Shown here in pieces: positions 1-15,105 of a DNA stretch of 64,000 nucleotides. The position numbers and the translations under genes were made by a program. Source of the stretch: Octopus sinensis. Taxonomy: Eukaryota. The notes beneath the pieces were generated by a model. The model was not told the origin of the DNA. It saw only the letters and a list, made by a program, of their open reading frames with translations, and did not search any database. The stretch lies in the NCBI RefSeq assembly GCF_006345805.1, contig NC_043006.1, positions 80,848,001 to 80,912,000 of the forward strand, in the 5' to 3' direction. Numbering within the stretch: the first letter of the stretch is position 1; the number at the start of each line of letters is the position of its first letter.

Positions 1-1410
1 GTGTGTTGGTCTTGATGAAAGCCAAAATCAAATGTATGGGTGGGCTATCGATACCGTCGGGGGAGGTTATTGAGCAGATAGAAGAGACAGGCTATAAGTA
101 CTTGGGGATTTTGGAAATGGATAAATTGATGGAGAAAGAAATGACAGAAAAATTTAAGGTGGAATACTTGAGCAGACTGAGACTGATCCTTAAGTCGAAG
201 TTAAACGGATGGAATAAGATCGAAGCTATCAACACCTGGGCGGTTTCTCTCCTTAGATATGGAACAGGGGTAATTGCATGGACAGTAGATGAACTAAACA
301 ACTTAGACAGAAAGACAACGAAGTTGCTAACTAGATATGGGTCACTCCACCCAAAAAGTGACACAGACAGACTGTATGTACCAAGAAAAATAGGGAGAAG
401 AGGACTTATTGGATGCGAACACAGCTTTAGAGCAGAAGAAAAAAACATAGCATGGTATGTAAAAAATGCCACATAACCGCTATTATTAGAAGTAAGAAGG
501 GCAGGCATGTGTAGGATGAAATAATGCAAAGATAAAGCACTGTGCAAGCAATTGAAAACGAATGAAACTGAAAATATATGGATAAAGAAAAGAACGTATG
601 GACAATTTCATAGGGATGTTGAAGATAAGACAGACAGAGAAAAAAGATGGCTGTGGCTGACTAAAAATGATTTAAAACGGAAGCTCTAATCTGTGCTGCC
701 CAAGAAGAATGCACTAAGAACAAACTACATAAAATACAGAGTAAAGTGATAAGTGCAGAATCTGTGTACAAAATGGTGAAACCGTATGGCGTATTACCAG
801 CGAATGTACGCCACTAGCACAGAAGAAATTTAAGAGACGCCACGACAATATAGCAAGGGTTATCCATTGGGCACCTTGCAACAAGTATGATCTAGACAAA
901 GAAAAAAATTGGTACGACCACAAACCCGAAGGCATCATCGAAAATAGTAATGCAAAGATCCTGTGAGATTTTTCAGTGCGACCATTAGATAGAAAATAGG
1001 AAGCCAGACATAGTCTTAATTGAAAACGAAAGAAAACTATGCTAGATCTGAGATATAGCATGCCCAGCTGACAACAAGGTATGCGATTAGGAAGAAAGAA
1101 AAGTCGATAGGTATGACAGATTAGCTTGGGAGGTAAAGTAGTTTTGGTCGATGATAAAGGTAGTAGTGGTACCAATAATTGTCGGAGCCCTGTGAACAGT
1201 GAGTAAAACTCTCGAGAAGTACATGGAACAAATATGGTCTGCAATAAAGGTGGAGCACTTGCAGAAAACAGCACTGCTTGGAACCGCTCGAATACTCCGG
1301 AAGGTGCTCGAAAAATATGAAGTGTTACCTTAGTTCACTGGTAAAGAACAGCTGACACCGTAGTACATCTCCAGGGTTAGAAGCTATGCAACGGCAATGA
1401 TTATAATAAT
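1..1410 (+). mobile_element. R4/Dong-clade non-LTR retrotransposon, 3' part (RT thumb, His/Cys region, RLE endonuclease, 3'UTR), pseudogenised
   Basis: ORF 3-476 reads YKYLGILE...NKIEAINTWAVSLLRY...LHPKSDTDRLYVPR. Downstream frames give HDNIARVIHW, WYDHKPEGIIEN, DIACPAD and VPIIVGAL...LQKTALLGTARILRKVLEK, with stops and frameshifts. It ends in a short AAT-like tail and runs off the left edge of the window. Confidence 0.9.
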
Positions 1411-1411
1411 G

Positions 1412-1612
1412 ATTTCAAATTTTTCCACAAGAGCAGCAAATTTGGGGGAGGGATAAGTCCATTACATCGACCCCTGTGTTTCATAATTTATCGATCCCGA
1501 CAGGATGAAAGGCAAAGTCAACCTCAGCGGAATTTGAACTCAGAACATAGTGACAGGAGAAATACCACGAAACATTTCATCCAGCGTGCTACCGATTCTG
1601 CTAGCTCGAAGG
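1412..1612 (-). mobile_element. tRNA-derived SINE (octopod OK-like head, ATT-tailed subfamily)
   Basis: The reverse complement shows an A-box-like TAGCAGAATCGG, a B-box GAGTTCAAATTCC and the GCCTTTCATCC..GATCGATAAATT core shared with other copies in the window. Confidence 0.8.
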
Positions 1613-1796
1613 ATGGGCGGGGCAGTATAGAGACGTAGTTCTCCTGATACAGGATGACCTCTAGGGGTAATCGAGGATCCCTACTGTCCAAAACCTCCCT
1701 GAACTCCAAGGCTGAGTGCCCTCTCCGATTTCCTTTCTCCGACTAACAAGTCCACACCATCCACTCTCGTCATTTTCGCAACTTTCACTCAATAAT

Positions 1797-1852
<56 letters not shown>

Positions 1853-2142
1853 GGATATAAATAAGCGTCGCCGTTGCCGTTCTTATCGCTGTCACATCAT
1901 CATAATGATCATCATCATGATTATTTTAGTGATCCCGATCATCATCAACAGCACCCGCAGCAGTTTAGCAGTAATAGCAGTAACAGTAGTTGAGCAGCAA
2001 AATAGCAGAGCAGCATCTCAACAGTAGTATCATATCCATAGTTACACTCATCGTCTTTATCGTCGTCGTCACTTTCATGTAACTCATATTGGCCACATTG
2101 CTTGCATATCGCTGTCAAAATCACAGCACACTTTGCAGAGAG

Positions 2143-2302
2143 GCAAAATCAAATGTATGGACGGGCTACCGATAACTTCGGGGGAGATTATCAAGCATAT
2201 AGAAGAAATGGGCTATAAGTACTTTGGGGATTTGGGAAATGGATAAATTGATGGAGAAATAAATGACAGAAAAATTTAAGGTGGAGTACTTGCGCAGACT
2301 GA

Positions 2303-2303
<1 letters not shown>
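2143..2303 (+). mobile_element. Short fragment of the same R4/Dong family as 1-1410
   Basis: About 160 nt collinear with positions ~22-183 (AAAATCAAATGTATGG...GGAGTACTTG.GCAGACTGAGAC), ending at a (CA)n array. Confidence 0.85.
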
Positions 2304-2347
<44 letters not shown>

Positions 2348-3625
2348 ACACACACACACACACATACACACACACACACAGTTTAAATAAATATGAATCT
2401 TATCTTAAATACCATTTCCATTGACGAGTTGCTCACGCCCAGAATGCTTTCATCGTAGAAGCTTTTGATCGCAGGTGAAACCAGTTTAAAAACCTACAAC
2501 GACAAAGCTTCATCTACACATGCACTGATTTAAATAAAGTGAAATGAAAATGATACGTGTTCCAGTTGTTGTTCAACAAATATGAGTTCTTACTTATTGA
2601 ATCTTACCGTGTCTGATTATTCAGTTAACATCACTTCATCCTCGGGCAGAATCTGATGCGACAATGATATAACGTGTTTCTCTCAGAAACAAGGAAACAC
2701 ATAATAGTTTTATACTTGTAGGCTCCACGATCTAGAAATTTATCGACTCATCCATTTTCTTTTATCTTTGTCTTATATATTGCACTTTTGTTTTATTTTG
2801 AAAGCCAGACGTTAATTTAATTCTGGATGTTATACGTAATGAACAATAATAATGTTTTTATTGATTCCAAATGAAAAACGTGATTACTGGAAAGAAATAT
2901 ATGATATAAAAATAAAATAAAAAGTCATACAATTAATGAGATGTTTATGGTTTAATGAACTGGTTGGAAAATTAGTTGCAGAATTAAAAGTAGAAAATGA
3001 GTAAAACAAAATAGAAAAACTAAGCATATAGAGACAAAAATAAAGCATACAGAACATCGTTTTGTTTCTTTAACTTTAGGCTTCTACATAGAAAATATCC
3101 GCGATTTGATGTTGTAGTTGATGTTCCTGCCCTGAAGTCACCAACTTAATGCCGAGATGGTTGTTGCATTTCCCATCTCGAGGTTTCTAAAGGGAGAAAG
3201 ATAAGTGTTGTATATGGATTTAATTTTTTTCTGAAATAGACCCTATATAAAATTTGGACTCTCTCTAGCCGGTGCCTCGGTTTGCCAATAGCTGTGCTTC
3301 ATAAAAAAAACAGACGATATGCCCAATGCCTTCCCTAAAGGACATCTAGATTTATTAAAGCACGTGAATCGAGGATTGATCCAAACCACCGGGTGCTTAC
3401 GAATATAATTTTTTTACATTAAGGTGACCCGAATATGTTTGTGTGCCTATTAGTCATTAGGAAACTGAATATCCAATAAAAGTAAATAATAAAATATTTC
3501 GAGATCTTCTCTTACGACTAGATGGTTGAGGAGGTGGAGGGTTATAGAAGATTTTACCAGAGTGTATTTGTGAGTGTGTATGTTTATATGTATGTATGTA
3601 TGCATATATTTTGTGTATGTGCACA

Positions 3626-5180
<1,555 letters not shown>

Positions 5181-5484
5181 TACATATCTGGCTCTCCCAC
5201 CCTATCACTTCTTTCCCTATGCAGCCGCACGCACAATAGAAACGCACAATCACATATATTGCAGCAGTATCTGCATTTCTCTGCACTCTGTCAATCAATT
5301 AGCTCATCTGCTATTCAGTTTGTGCCGATGTGTTTGTGTGTCGGTGTGTCTGAATGCGTGTTTTGGAAAGTGAGAATAAATGAGTGTGTATTTGAATGTA
5401 TGAGCTTGTATTTAAGCGAGCGTTTTTTGCGTAATATGTGTACTTGTTTGTTTGTGTCTGCTTCTTTCTTTGTGTGTGTGTGTG

Positions 5485-5530
<46 letters not shown>

Positions 5531-5689
5531 TGTGTGTTTTGGAAAGTAAGAATAAATGAGAAATGAAACATAATGAATATCATTCATTCAGTGGGAAATA
5601 TTTTCTCATCTAAAGACATGATTGACGTAAATCTCGGAATGTATCAGAATGGTAATCACAAAACAAGAACGAACACAGCAAGAACATGA

Positions 5690-5849
5690 TCATCGTCATA
5701 TCAAAAATGATGACGATAATGATGATGATGTTGATGATTATGATGACTTGCATGATGGCGACGACAATGATAATGATGATGATGGCCATTGTTTTTCTCG
5801 TCATTATTTTCTTCCTCTTCGTGCTCATCATCATGATCATCTTCCTCCT

Positions 5850-5880
<31 letters not shown>

Positions 5881-6050
5881 ATCATCATTATCATCATCAT
5901 CATCATCACTATCGTGAAGTTGGTTATGGTCGTTGACGTCGTCATCATTTTCGTCATCATCCTTATTGTCGTCGGCGTCAGCCTTCTCCTTTGACTCCTC
6001 TTCCTCCTCCTGATCCACCACCACATCATCTTCATCATCATCGAAACCAT
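5690..6050. repeat. Compound (GAT)/(CAT)/(CCT) trinucleotide low-complexity tract
   Basis: Degenerate triplet runs on both strands give poly-D/E, poly-H and poly-I ORFs. Confidence 0.9.
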
Positions 6051-6984
6051 TGAAGAACAAGAATAGAATTTCACTATTTTATGAAATATAGACATCGATG
6101 ATGTCAACAAAAGTAGCAACCCTCAAAAAATGATGGCCTTGTGCCTAATTGAAAAACAATTAATTTCATAATATTTATCAATTATGGGAAGTCAGATGCA
6201 GCATGTACGTAGTTACTCGATCTTACATATAGCAATCCAAATTCCGTCAAATTATACTCTACCGTCAGATACCAGAACAGAATACATTGGATGGTTTTGT
6301 CCTGTTTACTCTTAAACATACGGGATGATAAATGAAATGCTTTGCATCATAATTAATTTTTTTATTATTGTTTGTTGTTTAGACGCAGCACAACTTAGTA
6401 CTAAAGAGCCATAACATTAATAACATTATTAGAACAGCTACTAGAATAATGCTTATATTACTAGAATAACGAAAGATGTCACAACCCTGTGATGTTGATT
6501 ATATGCTTCAGTGATTCATAAGACTAAATAGCACAAATAGGATTTTGCAATGACGAATAAAAGTGGAGAAATGATTAAGGAGATATGAAGATTGTAAAGT
6601 GATTATGAGTCATTTTGACCATCTTCTCTTCATGTGCCAAGGTTGATTTACTGGCTTCGGTAATGATTGATCATCATGTGTATATCTTAAAATGCATTTT
6701 CTTGGTGAAGATACAGCACTACTAATGTGCACTACTACTACAACCCTATTTAACTCTTAAACTGCGGTAGCAATTTGAATGACATTAAATTATAACTAGA
6801 CGCCGATGGTTCTGCATAAGATCCTGTATAACACATTTCTAGAGGCAACACACATCGGATTCACATTTGTCTTAGCTACAGAATTGCCGGCTGTTTGAGC
6901 GATAAGTTGAGTCCTTGACAAATACTACCATCACATACCCAGAGCCGAACTCTGAGTAGTGTTCACTAAGGAGTAATTTGCTTT

Positions 6985-7410
6985 TATCTAAAAATCAAGA
7001 GAAATGAATACTATTGCCTTCAGACTTTTCTTTTGTGACCTGGAATCGATGTTTTGAAGCTGTCTATTTTCAATTACATTTCCATCAGATTAGGCGCTGT
7101 GTTGCTAAATTAGAAATATCGTTATAGAAAATATCCTTCTCAACACCACAGTTTTGCTTACCAATTACTTTACCTGAACCACTTGAGCATATCTCTAAGT
7201 GGCTGACAATATTTGAATCTCTGTTCATGGGCAGTAGTGGGGGAGCATCATAGCAAGTTGTTGAGAGGGGTTCTTTGGGGGTTTGAGTAAATGCAACAAA
7301 AGCAAATTTTGAAGAAAATATTAAGCCCTTTTTCATACTTTCTAGGAGTAAGCAAATAGGAAACAACAGTTGTTATCCTAGGACAAAAATCGTGTTACAC
7401 AGTGTTATAA
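6985..7410 (+). repeat. Interspersed repeat; second copy at ~60080-60476
   Basis: Collinear similarity with 60080-60476 (CCTTCAGACTTTT...AACCACTTGAGCATAT...GAAATATTA...ACTTTCTAGG.GTAAGCA.ATAGGAAA). The central part resembles the AAT-tailed element at 39004-39560. Confidence 0.75.
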
Positions 7411-8726
7411 GCTCAGTAACAACTGCAGATAAAAAAATGAAACGTTTACTTTGATTCTTTATCCTCCATACTTTTCAGTAATTGGGATTAATTCAAGGCG
7501 GAATCTCTCAATATTTCAGCAAGTACGATATTACGGGGCATCACTGCAAAGGTCACTTCTTCATTCCTAACCATAGAATACTTCCCGAAATCATTCCGAA
7601 ACATAATGACTAAATTGTGTAATTTGCCCTTCATATTTATTGTGATTCGTGGAAATCCTTAGCACATCTGTTACAAGTAAATCTACCATCTTTTAAATCA
7701 ATTCGAATTTTTATTCTTGAAAAGGATCTTGACTCTCAACAGTTGCGAACCCACCTAGGAGTTTATTGAAATTTCTTTCCTGTAAACTTAGCAGATCAGT
7801 CTGTTATCATTTGTACTTCTAGCAGATGTAGAGTTCCTTGCTCTAGAAACAATTTTCAGGAATCGGAGACATGTTAACTCTACGTTAGATAGAGGCACAG
7901 GGATTTTTCTTTCTCAGTAGCTTGCGAATTTCCGAATACTGCAGCTTCACAATAAATAACAATTTGAGATTAAACAACCGCGTAAACATGGATTTTCTTA
8001 TTCATTGAAACTATACCTAACACAAAAGAAAAAGCCCGTGAATTAATCTAGGTATAGTGCTATTTAAGCACATCATATAATTTAAACATTAAAATAACTT
8101 CCAACTTGTACATTTACATTTCTGCGAAGTCTAAAAGCACGCTTCAAGACATTCTAAATACTGTTGAAAGACTATATTATATAGATTAATTCATAACAAC
8201 TAATCTCTTTTCGATACGTAATTTTAAGCTCGTTTGCCTTCTCTGACATAGTGGTCCTTAACCATAAAAGATAGAAATTGGAAAAATATAGAAGCTACGT
8301 TATTTTTTTAAAATCTTAATAAATCGTACTGTCTTCTCAAAATACATTGAAGTGTGTGTGCAATATCCTTTCTGTTTATTTTTAGTAACCAAATTGGTTT
8401 GCAATATATATATAACACTTTAAACCACTAAATATAAAAAAATATATTTGACAACATTTTTTGCCCGCGAGAACACACATACACACACACACACACACAC
8501 ACAACACACACACACAACACACACACAACAAACACACATTCCGCCCGACAGATATGACTGCTGTAAATGGTATCATGACTGAGTAGTTGCTAAAATACCT
8601 AAGATTCAGAATGAAATCACTGGTACCATATTAACATTAATCATTAATTAATGGATATCATACATACATATATAGCATACATACATCATATACTATATAT
8701 ATACATATATATATATATATATAATA

Positions 8727-8784
<58 letters not shown>

Positions 8785-8790
8785 TATATA

Positions 8791-8961
8791 CAGTGTACAT
8801 TTCAACACATAAGCGATGGCCATAACAGGGCATCTGACCCGCTACAAGGAGTAGTTAAACTCCAAACCACTATTAGAGAGTAGTGGTTTGGAGTTTAACT
8901 ATCCTTTTAGCGGGTCACATGTCCTGTTATGGCCATCTCTTATGTGTTTAAATGTACACTG
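8791..8961. mobile_element. 171-bp foldback MITE, Tc1-like CAGTG termini, TA-flanked
   Basis: Two ~82-nt arms are near-perfect reverse complements (about 6 differences) around an 8-nt loop. The element begins CAGTGTACATTT, ends AAATGTACACTG and has TA on both sides. Confidence 0.85.
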
Positions 8962-9091
8962 TATTTATGATAATATATATAGTCTATTGAGTAGTTTTTT
9001 CTTATCGCTAGCCCACTGGTAGCAAAGGAATTTTTCTAAATTTTTTTGCTACTCTGGAATTTATTAATACATACACACACACACACACACC

Positions 9092-9188
<97 letters not shown>

Positions 9189-9197
9189 ATATATATA

Positions 9198-9228
<31 letters not shown>

Positions 9229-9231
9229 TGT

Positions 9232-9279
<48 letters not shown>

Positions 9280-10389
9280 CAGATACACACATATGTATGT
9301 GTGAGTATATAAATATATATAATATGTACGTGTGTGTATATACGTGTAGTGTATCGATGTATACATATATACATTTATAAATATATATTTACCTATATAT
9401 TATATGTTAGAGTATGTGTGTTTATGTACAAAAATAAGATGCCTCTGCAAATAGGAACAATAGAGAACAAATGCAAAAATGCTGAAAAGTCCAAGAATTA
9501 TTCCTAGAAGCAGATGCTAGAAAAACCTGAAGAGAAAAGTCAAAACAGTTGTCAAAATCGATAAAAAAATATAAGTAAAAACAAGGTCTTACAAGACACA
9601 ACAGAACTATCAGAAGCTCACGTCAATAATAACAATAACGAAAATCTTTCAAATTAGTGCCGGAAATAGAGGAAATGTTCTCAGAATCCGGAAGTAGTCA
9701 CCTGATGCCCTTATTCCTCACATATAGGTTTCCTTTTTGGAAGTACATTCAGATTAAGAATATTACTACATTTGTTCTGCCTAGCCATTCAGTAGATGAT
9801 CTATAGACCATTCTTCTTTAAAGACATATTTAGAAGTTGGTCTCAGTGTAACAGAAATGTCTGACATATAACTTTTCAGAATTTCAATAAATTTAACAGA
9901 GCTTGTTTTAACATTTCAAATAAAATCTCTTGTTGTAATACGTATGCATTCTTCTAAGATTGTATATACGGAAAGAAAACACATCTCGTCGCTTCCGCTT
10001 CGAAGGCGTATATTCAATATCTAATTTCACAAGCTAACCCTTGTCATAAAACCCTTGTCATAAAACACATACATACACATAAAAAACACACTCACAGACA
10101 TATGTATGTGTGTATGTATATATATATTCTTTGATTCTTTTATTCTTTTATTCTTTTATTATGTGTGTATATATAAAATATATGTATGTATATATATGTG
10201 TGTATATGTGTATGTGTGTGCGTATATATATGTATATACAAACATACACATATACACGCATACACTCATACATACACACAAACACACATATAGGATTAAG
10301 AGAGAGAGAGAGAAAAGAAAAGAGAGAGAGAGAAAGAAATAAAGAGAGATAGAGAGAGAAAGGAAGATATATATATGTATATATATATG

Positions 10390-10544
<155 letters not shown>

Positions 10545-10639
10545 ATTGAGCTAATTTGTATGAATGTCAAAGGAAACGCACTGCTGATCAAAGAAACGCT
10601 GAATTTGAAGATAAATTGCTAGAATTCTTAAGAAACCTC

Positions 10640-11499
10640 GTATAACACCCGTTCAATTAATAAATCCCCGTTAACATCAATGCTTGATTTAGTACGGTGT
10701 CGGAAGCGTTTACATGCTCGAATCTGATGATCTATATCAATTTTGGACATACTGCTGGTTATGGCAGACTTTAGAGTTTGTAAGGTGTTATGACAGCGTT
10801 CATTCAACTCTCTCTCTCGACTATGACCCATACTGGATAGTCCAGTGGATTGAGGTCTGGTGAGTTATGAGTCCATGTATATGGGAGAACACGCATCTAC
10901 ACTTGAGTACTCCTGCCGTTATGAGACGGCACAGAATCTTGTTGTAAATACAATCTTGCGTCGCGTACTCTCTCTATCTAGGGCCTCACAACTTTCACTA
11001 ACACCTCCGGTTAGCCCGCGACATTGACTGTTAACCTCTGGGAAAAAGAAAGTGAGGAGGTACGACATCTCCTTTTCTGTTGACGAGTTCAAGAACTGTC
11101 ACAGTTGTTGGGAACTTTGTATGTAAGACCGTTGCAAAATCATTCGGATCTCTGCATAATTATGAGTCGCTCCTTCTGCTGAAATTTGGGTAGTGATCGA
11201 AAATTTTCTCATCTCAGGAAAACAAAACAAAAACATTCCAGCTTCTTGGTGTTTTAACTTATTTGGTAAGCATTCTGTGCAGATCTAAGAATCTTCTCTT
11301 GTAAAATCTGACATAAAATGTTCCCTCCGTATCACATCCGACTTCTATTGGTTATCCTCATGTACAACGCTTCTGATTCTACAATCGGAAATATTTAGGC
11401 CCTTTGCCATAGCCCTGATTGATTTTCCGGGGATATTATCGATTCTCACTTGCATTTGATGTACAAAGTTATGTATGCTGATGGTATCAGAACCCTGTA
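10640..11499 (-). mobile_element. Degenerate Tc1/mariner-superfamily transposon (maT/DD37D-like)
   Basis: Minus-strand frames give KSIRAMAKGLNIS (HTH), DEKNF, GDVVPPHF, YLQQDSVPSH, NSPDLNPLDY and the C-terminal RACKRFR..IE. A TACAGGGT-type terminus lies at ~11499. Confidence 0.85.
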
Positions 11500-12124
11500 C
11501 ATGTGTTTTGCGTTTCTTTGTTAGATCCCTATCAGTAGCTTAGAACTTCTTTTAAATTTGACAACGAGCTTTCACGTCACTAACTCTACATTGTTATACA
11601 GCGAATTTTAGGCAACGATTACAGCATGTTTTTTTTAACTTCTGATTTAACCTGATGCCTGTTCTTATTTATCTGAACGCCAAGGAAAGGAAAATAAATT
11701 AGAAAACAACTTGAAAGAGGTGTCCTGAAAACACTGACTCACCCCCTCTGTGTGTATGTATATATTATTATTAATTATTAATTAATATTCTAGAAACAGC
11801 TGTAAGATCTTCTATCTATAAATGCTCTAATATCTATACAGCCTTGGTTTTTTATCTCATTACGCAAAAAATTCATATATACACACGCTGACATAGAACC
11901 AACGTTGAACCCTTTATTCGCAATATCACCGAATCTGGAACTATGGTCTGTCTATAGCACTTATTCAGCATTACCTGACACCTTTGGGTCCCAATGACAC
12001 CATTATCTCACATAACCTCAACTTCTCGCTGTATATATATATATGTGTGTGTGTGTGTTTATATAAATGTGTGTATATATATATACACATAACATGCGAT
12101 GTGTATATATATACGCATAACATG

Positions 12125-12903
12125 CGATGGGTACATTGTCACCATTTCATAGTTTTTAATTTCGCGAATGCACCTTGTTTGTTTTCGATTTTATCGACTA
12201 CACGGTATAGTAGAGTCAGTTGTGCATCGTCTGTGAGAAAAACAGCACCATGACGCAATACATTCCGCAAGAAATTTGGAAACGTCATGCTGTACTGCTT
12301 CGCATTCACGCCGGAACTTCCAATACGAAGCGCCGGAAGCTCCATTACGAGCATGTACCAGTAAGAACATTTACCAAGAGTGATAAAAATCAAACATCCA
12401 GTCAACATCATGTTGTTTGGAGTGATCACTAGTGATGGCGACGTTATGCCGCCATTCATCTTCTCACACGGCCTCAAACTCAACACGGAGGCCTACATCA
12501 AGTGCTTGGAAGAGGTAGTGCTGCCCTGAGTCAATAGGGTGACTGTTGGAAAAATCTATGTTTGGAAATAGGACTCTGTGCCATGCCTCACAAACAGGAG
12601 TATCTAGTCATGACTGTCAGAAAATTTCTGTGAGCATATCACACCTAACATCCGGCCATCTAACTTCCCAGACTGCAACTCCCATGATTATTATGTGTGG
12701 GATGCAGATGAACGAGAGACCAAGAAAACCTTTTGTTACACCAAAGATGAACTCAAGACAAGGATTATGACAGCATTCACCAACCTAAACAAGGAGACTG
12801 TTTAAAACAGTTGCAGGAGACCCCGAAGTCGCCTGAAGGCCGTGCTTGAGGCCAATCGCGATTTTATTGAATAAATATAATGTTTAGTATTTCGAGATAT
12901 ACA

Positions 12904-12908
<5 letters not shown>
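12125..12908 (+). mobile_element. Internally deleted mariner-like (maT/DD37D-like) element
   Basis: Translation gives KHPVNIMLFGVITSDGDVMPPFIF..GLKLNTEAYIKCLEEVVLP..PDCNSHDYYVW..RSRLKAVLEAN.DFIE with stops. It sits within TA-rich repeats. Confidence 0.88.
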
Positions 12909-12983
<75 letters not shown>

Positions 12984-12984
12984 G

Positions 12985-13240
12985 ATGCGCAATAGGGCAG
13001 TGAACTCGCAGTCGTAGGATCGCAGTTTCGATTCCCAGACCGAGCGCTGTGAGTGTTTATTGAGCGAAAACACCTAAAGCTCCACGAGGCTCCGGCTAGG
13101 GTTGGTGGTGTTCCCTGCTGTACTCTTTCACCACAATTTTGTCTCACTCTTTCTTCTGTTCGCCTGCTCGCTTAGTCAACGGGGTGGCGTCATTGAAGGC
13201 TAAATCGATGCGAAGCGCACTGTGACTAGCGATGTGCAGC
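12985..13240 (+). mobile_element. tRNA-derived SINE, copy 1
   Basis: B-box GTTTCGATTCCC. The body is nearly identical to 14820-15105. Confidence 0.8.
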
Positions 13241-13466
13241 ATATATATATATATATATATATAATATATATATATATATATCATATGATTCTTACGGCGT
13301 CGCCTCCACTTCACTATCGTAATTTGAATTTCTATTTCGATTTTGTAACATCTATCTGTCAATTTTGATTTTTCCAAGTTATTTATTTTATTTCATCTTT
13401 TGTAAATTTCATTTTCAGAAAAGATAAATGCTTTTATTTTGAAATAATTTATATAGGTATATTTAT

Positions 13467-13538
<72 letters not shown>

Positions 13539-13541
13539 TAC

Positions 13542-13592
<51 letters not shown>

Positions 13593-13618
13593 CACACACT
13601 AAGATAAGTTATTTCAAT

Positions 13619-13661
<43 letters not shown>

Positions 13662-14551
13662 GCGTACACACACATTACTGATATAGCATATGACATCTCT
13701 GTTCACAGAAATACTTTATCTATAACAATAAATATAAAAGGGCATCGGAAGAATGATAATGCAATGCAAAATTGAAAAAAAAAAGAAAAAAAAGACGTGC
13801 TTGCGACTAGCGACGACAAATTTGTAAATGTCAAAACACGTCTCTGTTGGAGACTAACTTACGAAAAAGTTCAACAACTGCAAAAGATCGTTGAAGCCAG
13901 TGCTTGAATTTTATAGTGGAGATGTGTTAGTGACCAGGTCATCGAAGTACGGCGAGAATTTTGACACCTCATGAAATGAACGAAAGCTAAATATATTACG
14001 CTCCCGTAATGCAATTGCGCCTGCGCGAATTGGGGGGGGGACTTATTTGACTTAAACATTTGGAGTATATACAAAAATAAAATTAAAAAATCAAAATGTC
14101 AAACAAACAATGATTTAGAAAGCCACATACATCTATTTGGAGAAATATTAAACATATTTTAAAGCAGACTTCAATTTCTTTTTTAATTAAGAGAAATAAT
14201 AATCGACATTTCGAGCAATCGTACGCAATTGAATGCATCTAGGCTTAAGGCAGTTACAAGTATTTATACTAATTCTGTTTGCCACACGAAAAATCGGATT
14301 ATTAAATGTTTTAAGGTAAATTTTTTATATCTGATTTTAATTATATTTAGTATCTCAACGACTGCATTGCTGCGGCTTTCTACAGTCGCTTTGTCTGAAC
14401 ATATTTTCTCATACATGTACGTGTGTATAAATATATGAATGATGTGCACACACACACACACACAACACGCATATATGTATGGTATATATATACATATATA
14501 TATATATATTATATATATATGTATATATATATATGTATATATATATGTATG

Positions 14552-14597
<46 letters not shown>

Positions 14598-14721
14598 GTA
14601 TATATAATATATGTATATATATATAATGTATATATATATATATGTATTATATATGTAATATATATATATATTATATATAGATATATATATGTATTTATGT
14701 ATGTATATATATACATATATA

Positions 14722-14763
<42 letters not shown>

Positions 14764-14819
14764 TATATATGTATGTGTGTGTGTTTGTGGTGATATATAT
14801 ATATAGATAGAGAGAGAGA

Positions 14820-15105
14820 GAGGCCCAGTGGTTAGGGCAGCGGAGTCGCAGTCGTAAGATCGCAGTTTCGATTCCCAGGCCGGGCGTTGTGAGTGTTTAT
14901 TGAGCGAAAACACCTAGAGCTCCACGAAGCTCCGGCTAGGGTTGGTGGTGTTCCCTGCTGTACTCTTTCACCTCAACTTTCTCTCACTCTTTCTTCTGTT
15001 CGCCTGCTCGCTAAGCCAACGGGGTGGCGTCATTGAAGGCTAAATCGATGCAAAACGCATTGTGACCAGCGATGTGTAGCTGATGGCCTGGTCGGTCACG
15101 TGATA
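14820..15105 (+). mobile_element. tRNA-derived SINE, copy 2 (more complete)
   Basis: A-box GGCCCAGTGGTTAGG, B-box GTTTCGATTCCC, and 3' tail TGATGGCCTGGTCGGTCACGTGA reminiscent of RTE-type 3' ends. Confidence 0.82.

Noticed and set aside
92-1274. Antisense ORFs overlapping LINE fragments (also 34850-36048, 39684-40324, 45911-47210)
   Set aside because: Shadow frames of the retrotransposon coding strand with no independent support.
5610-6119. Acidic, His-rich and hydrophobic ORFs in several frames
   Set aside because: All arise from a degenerate (GAT/CAT/CCT)n tract. They are open on both strands, with no splice or domain evidence.
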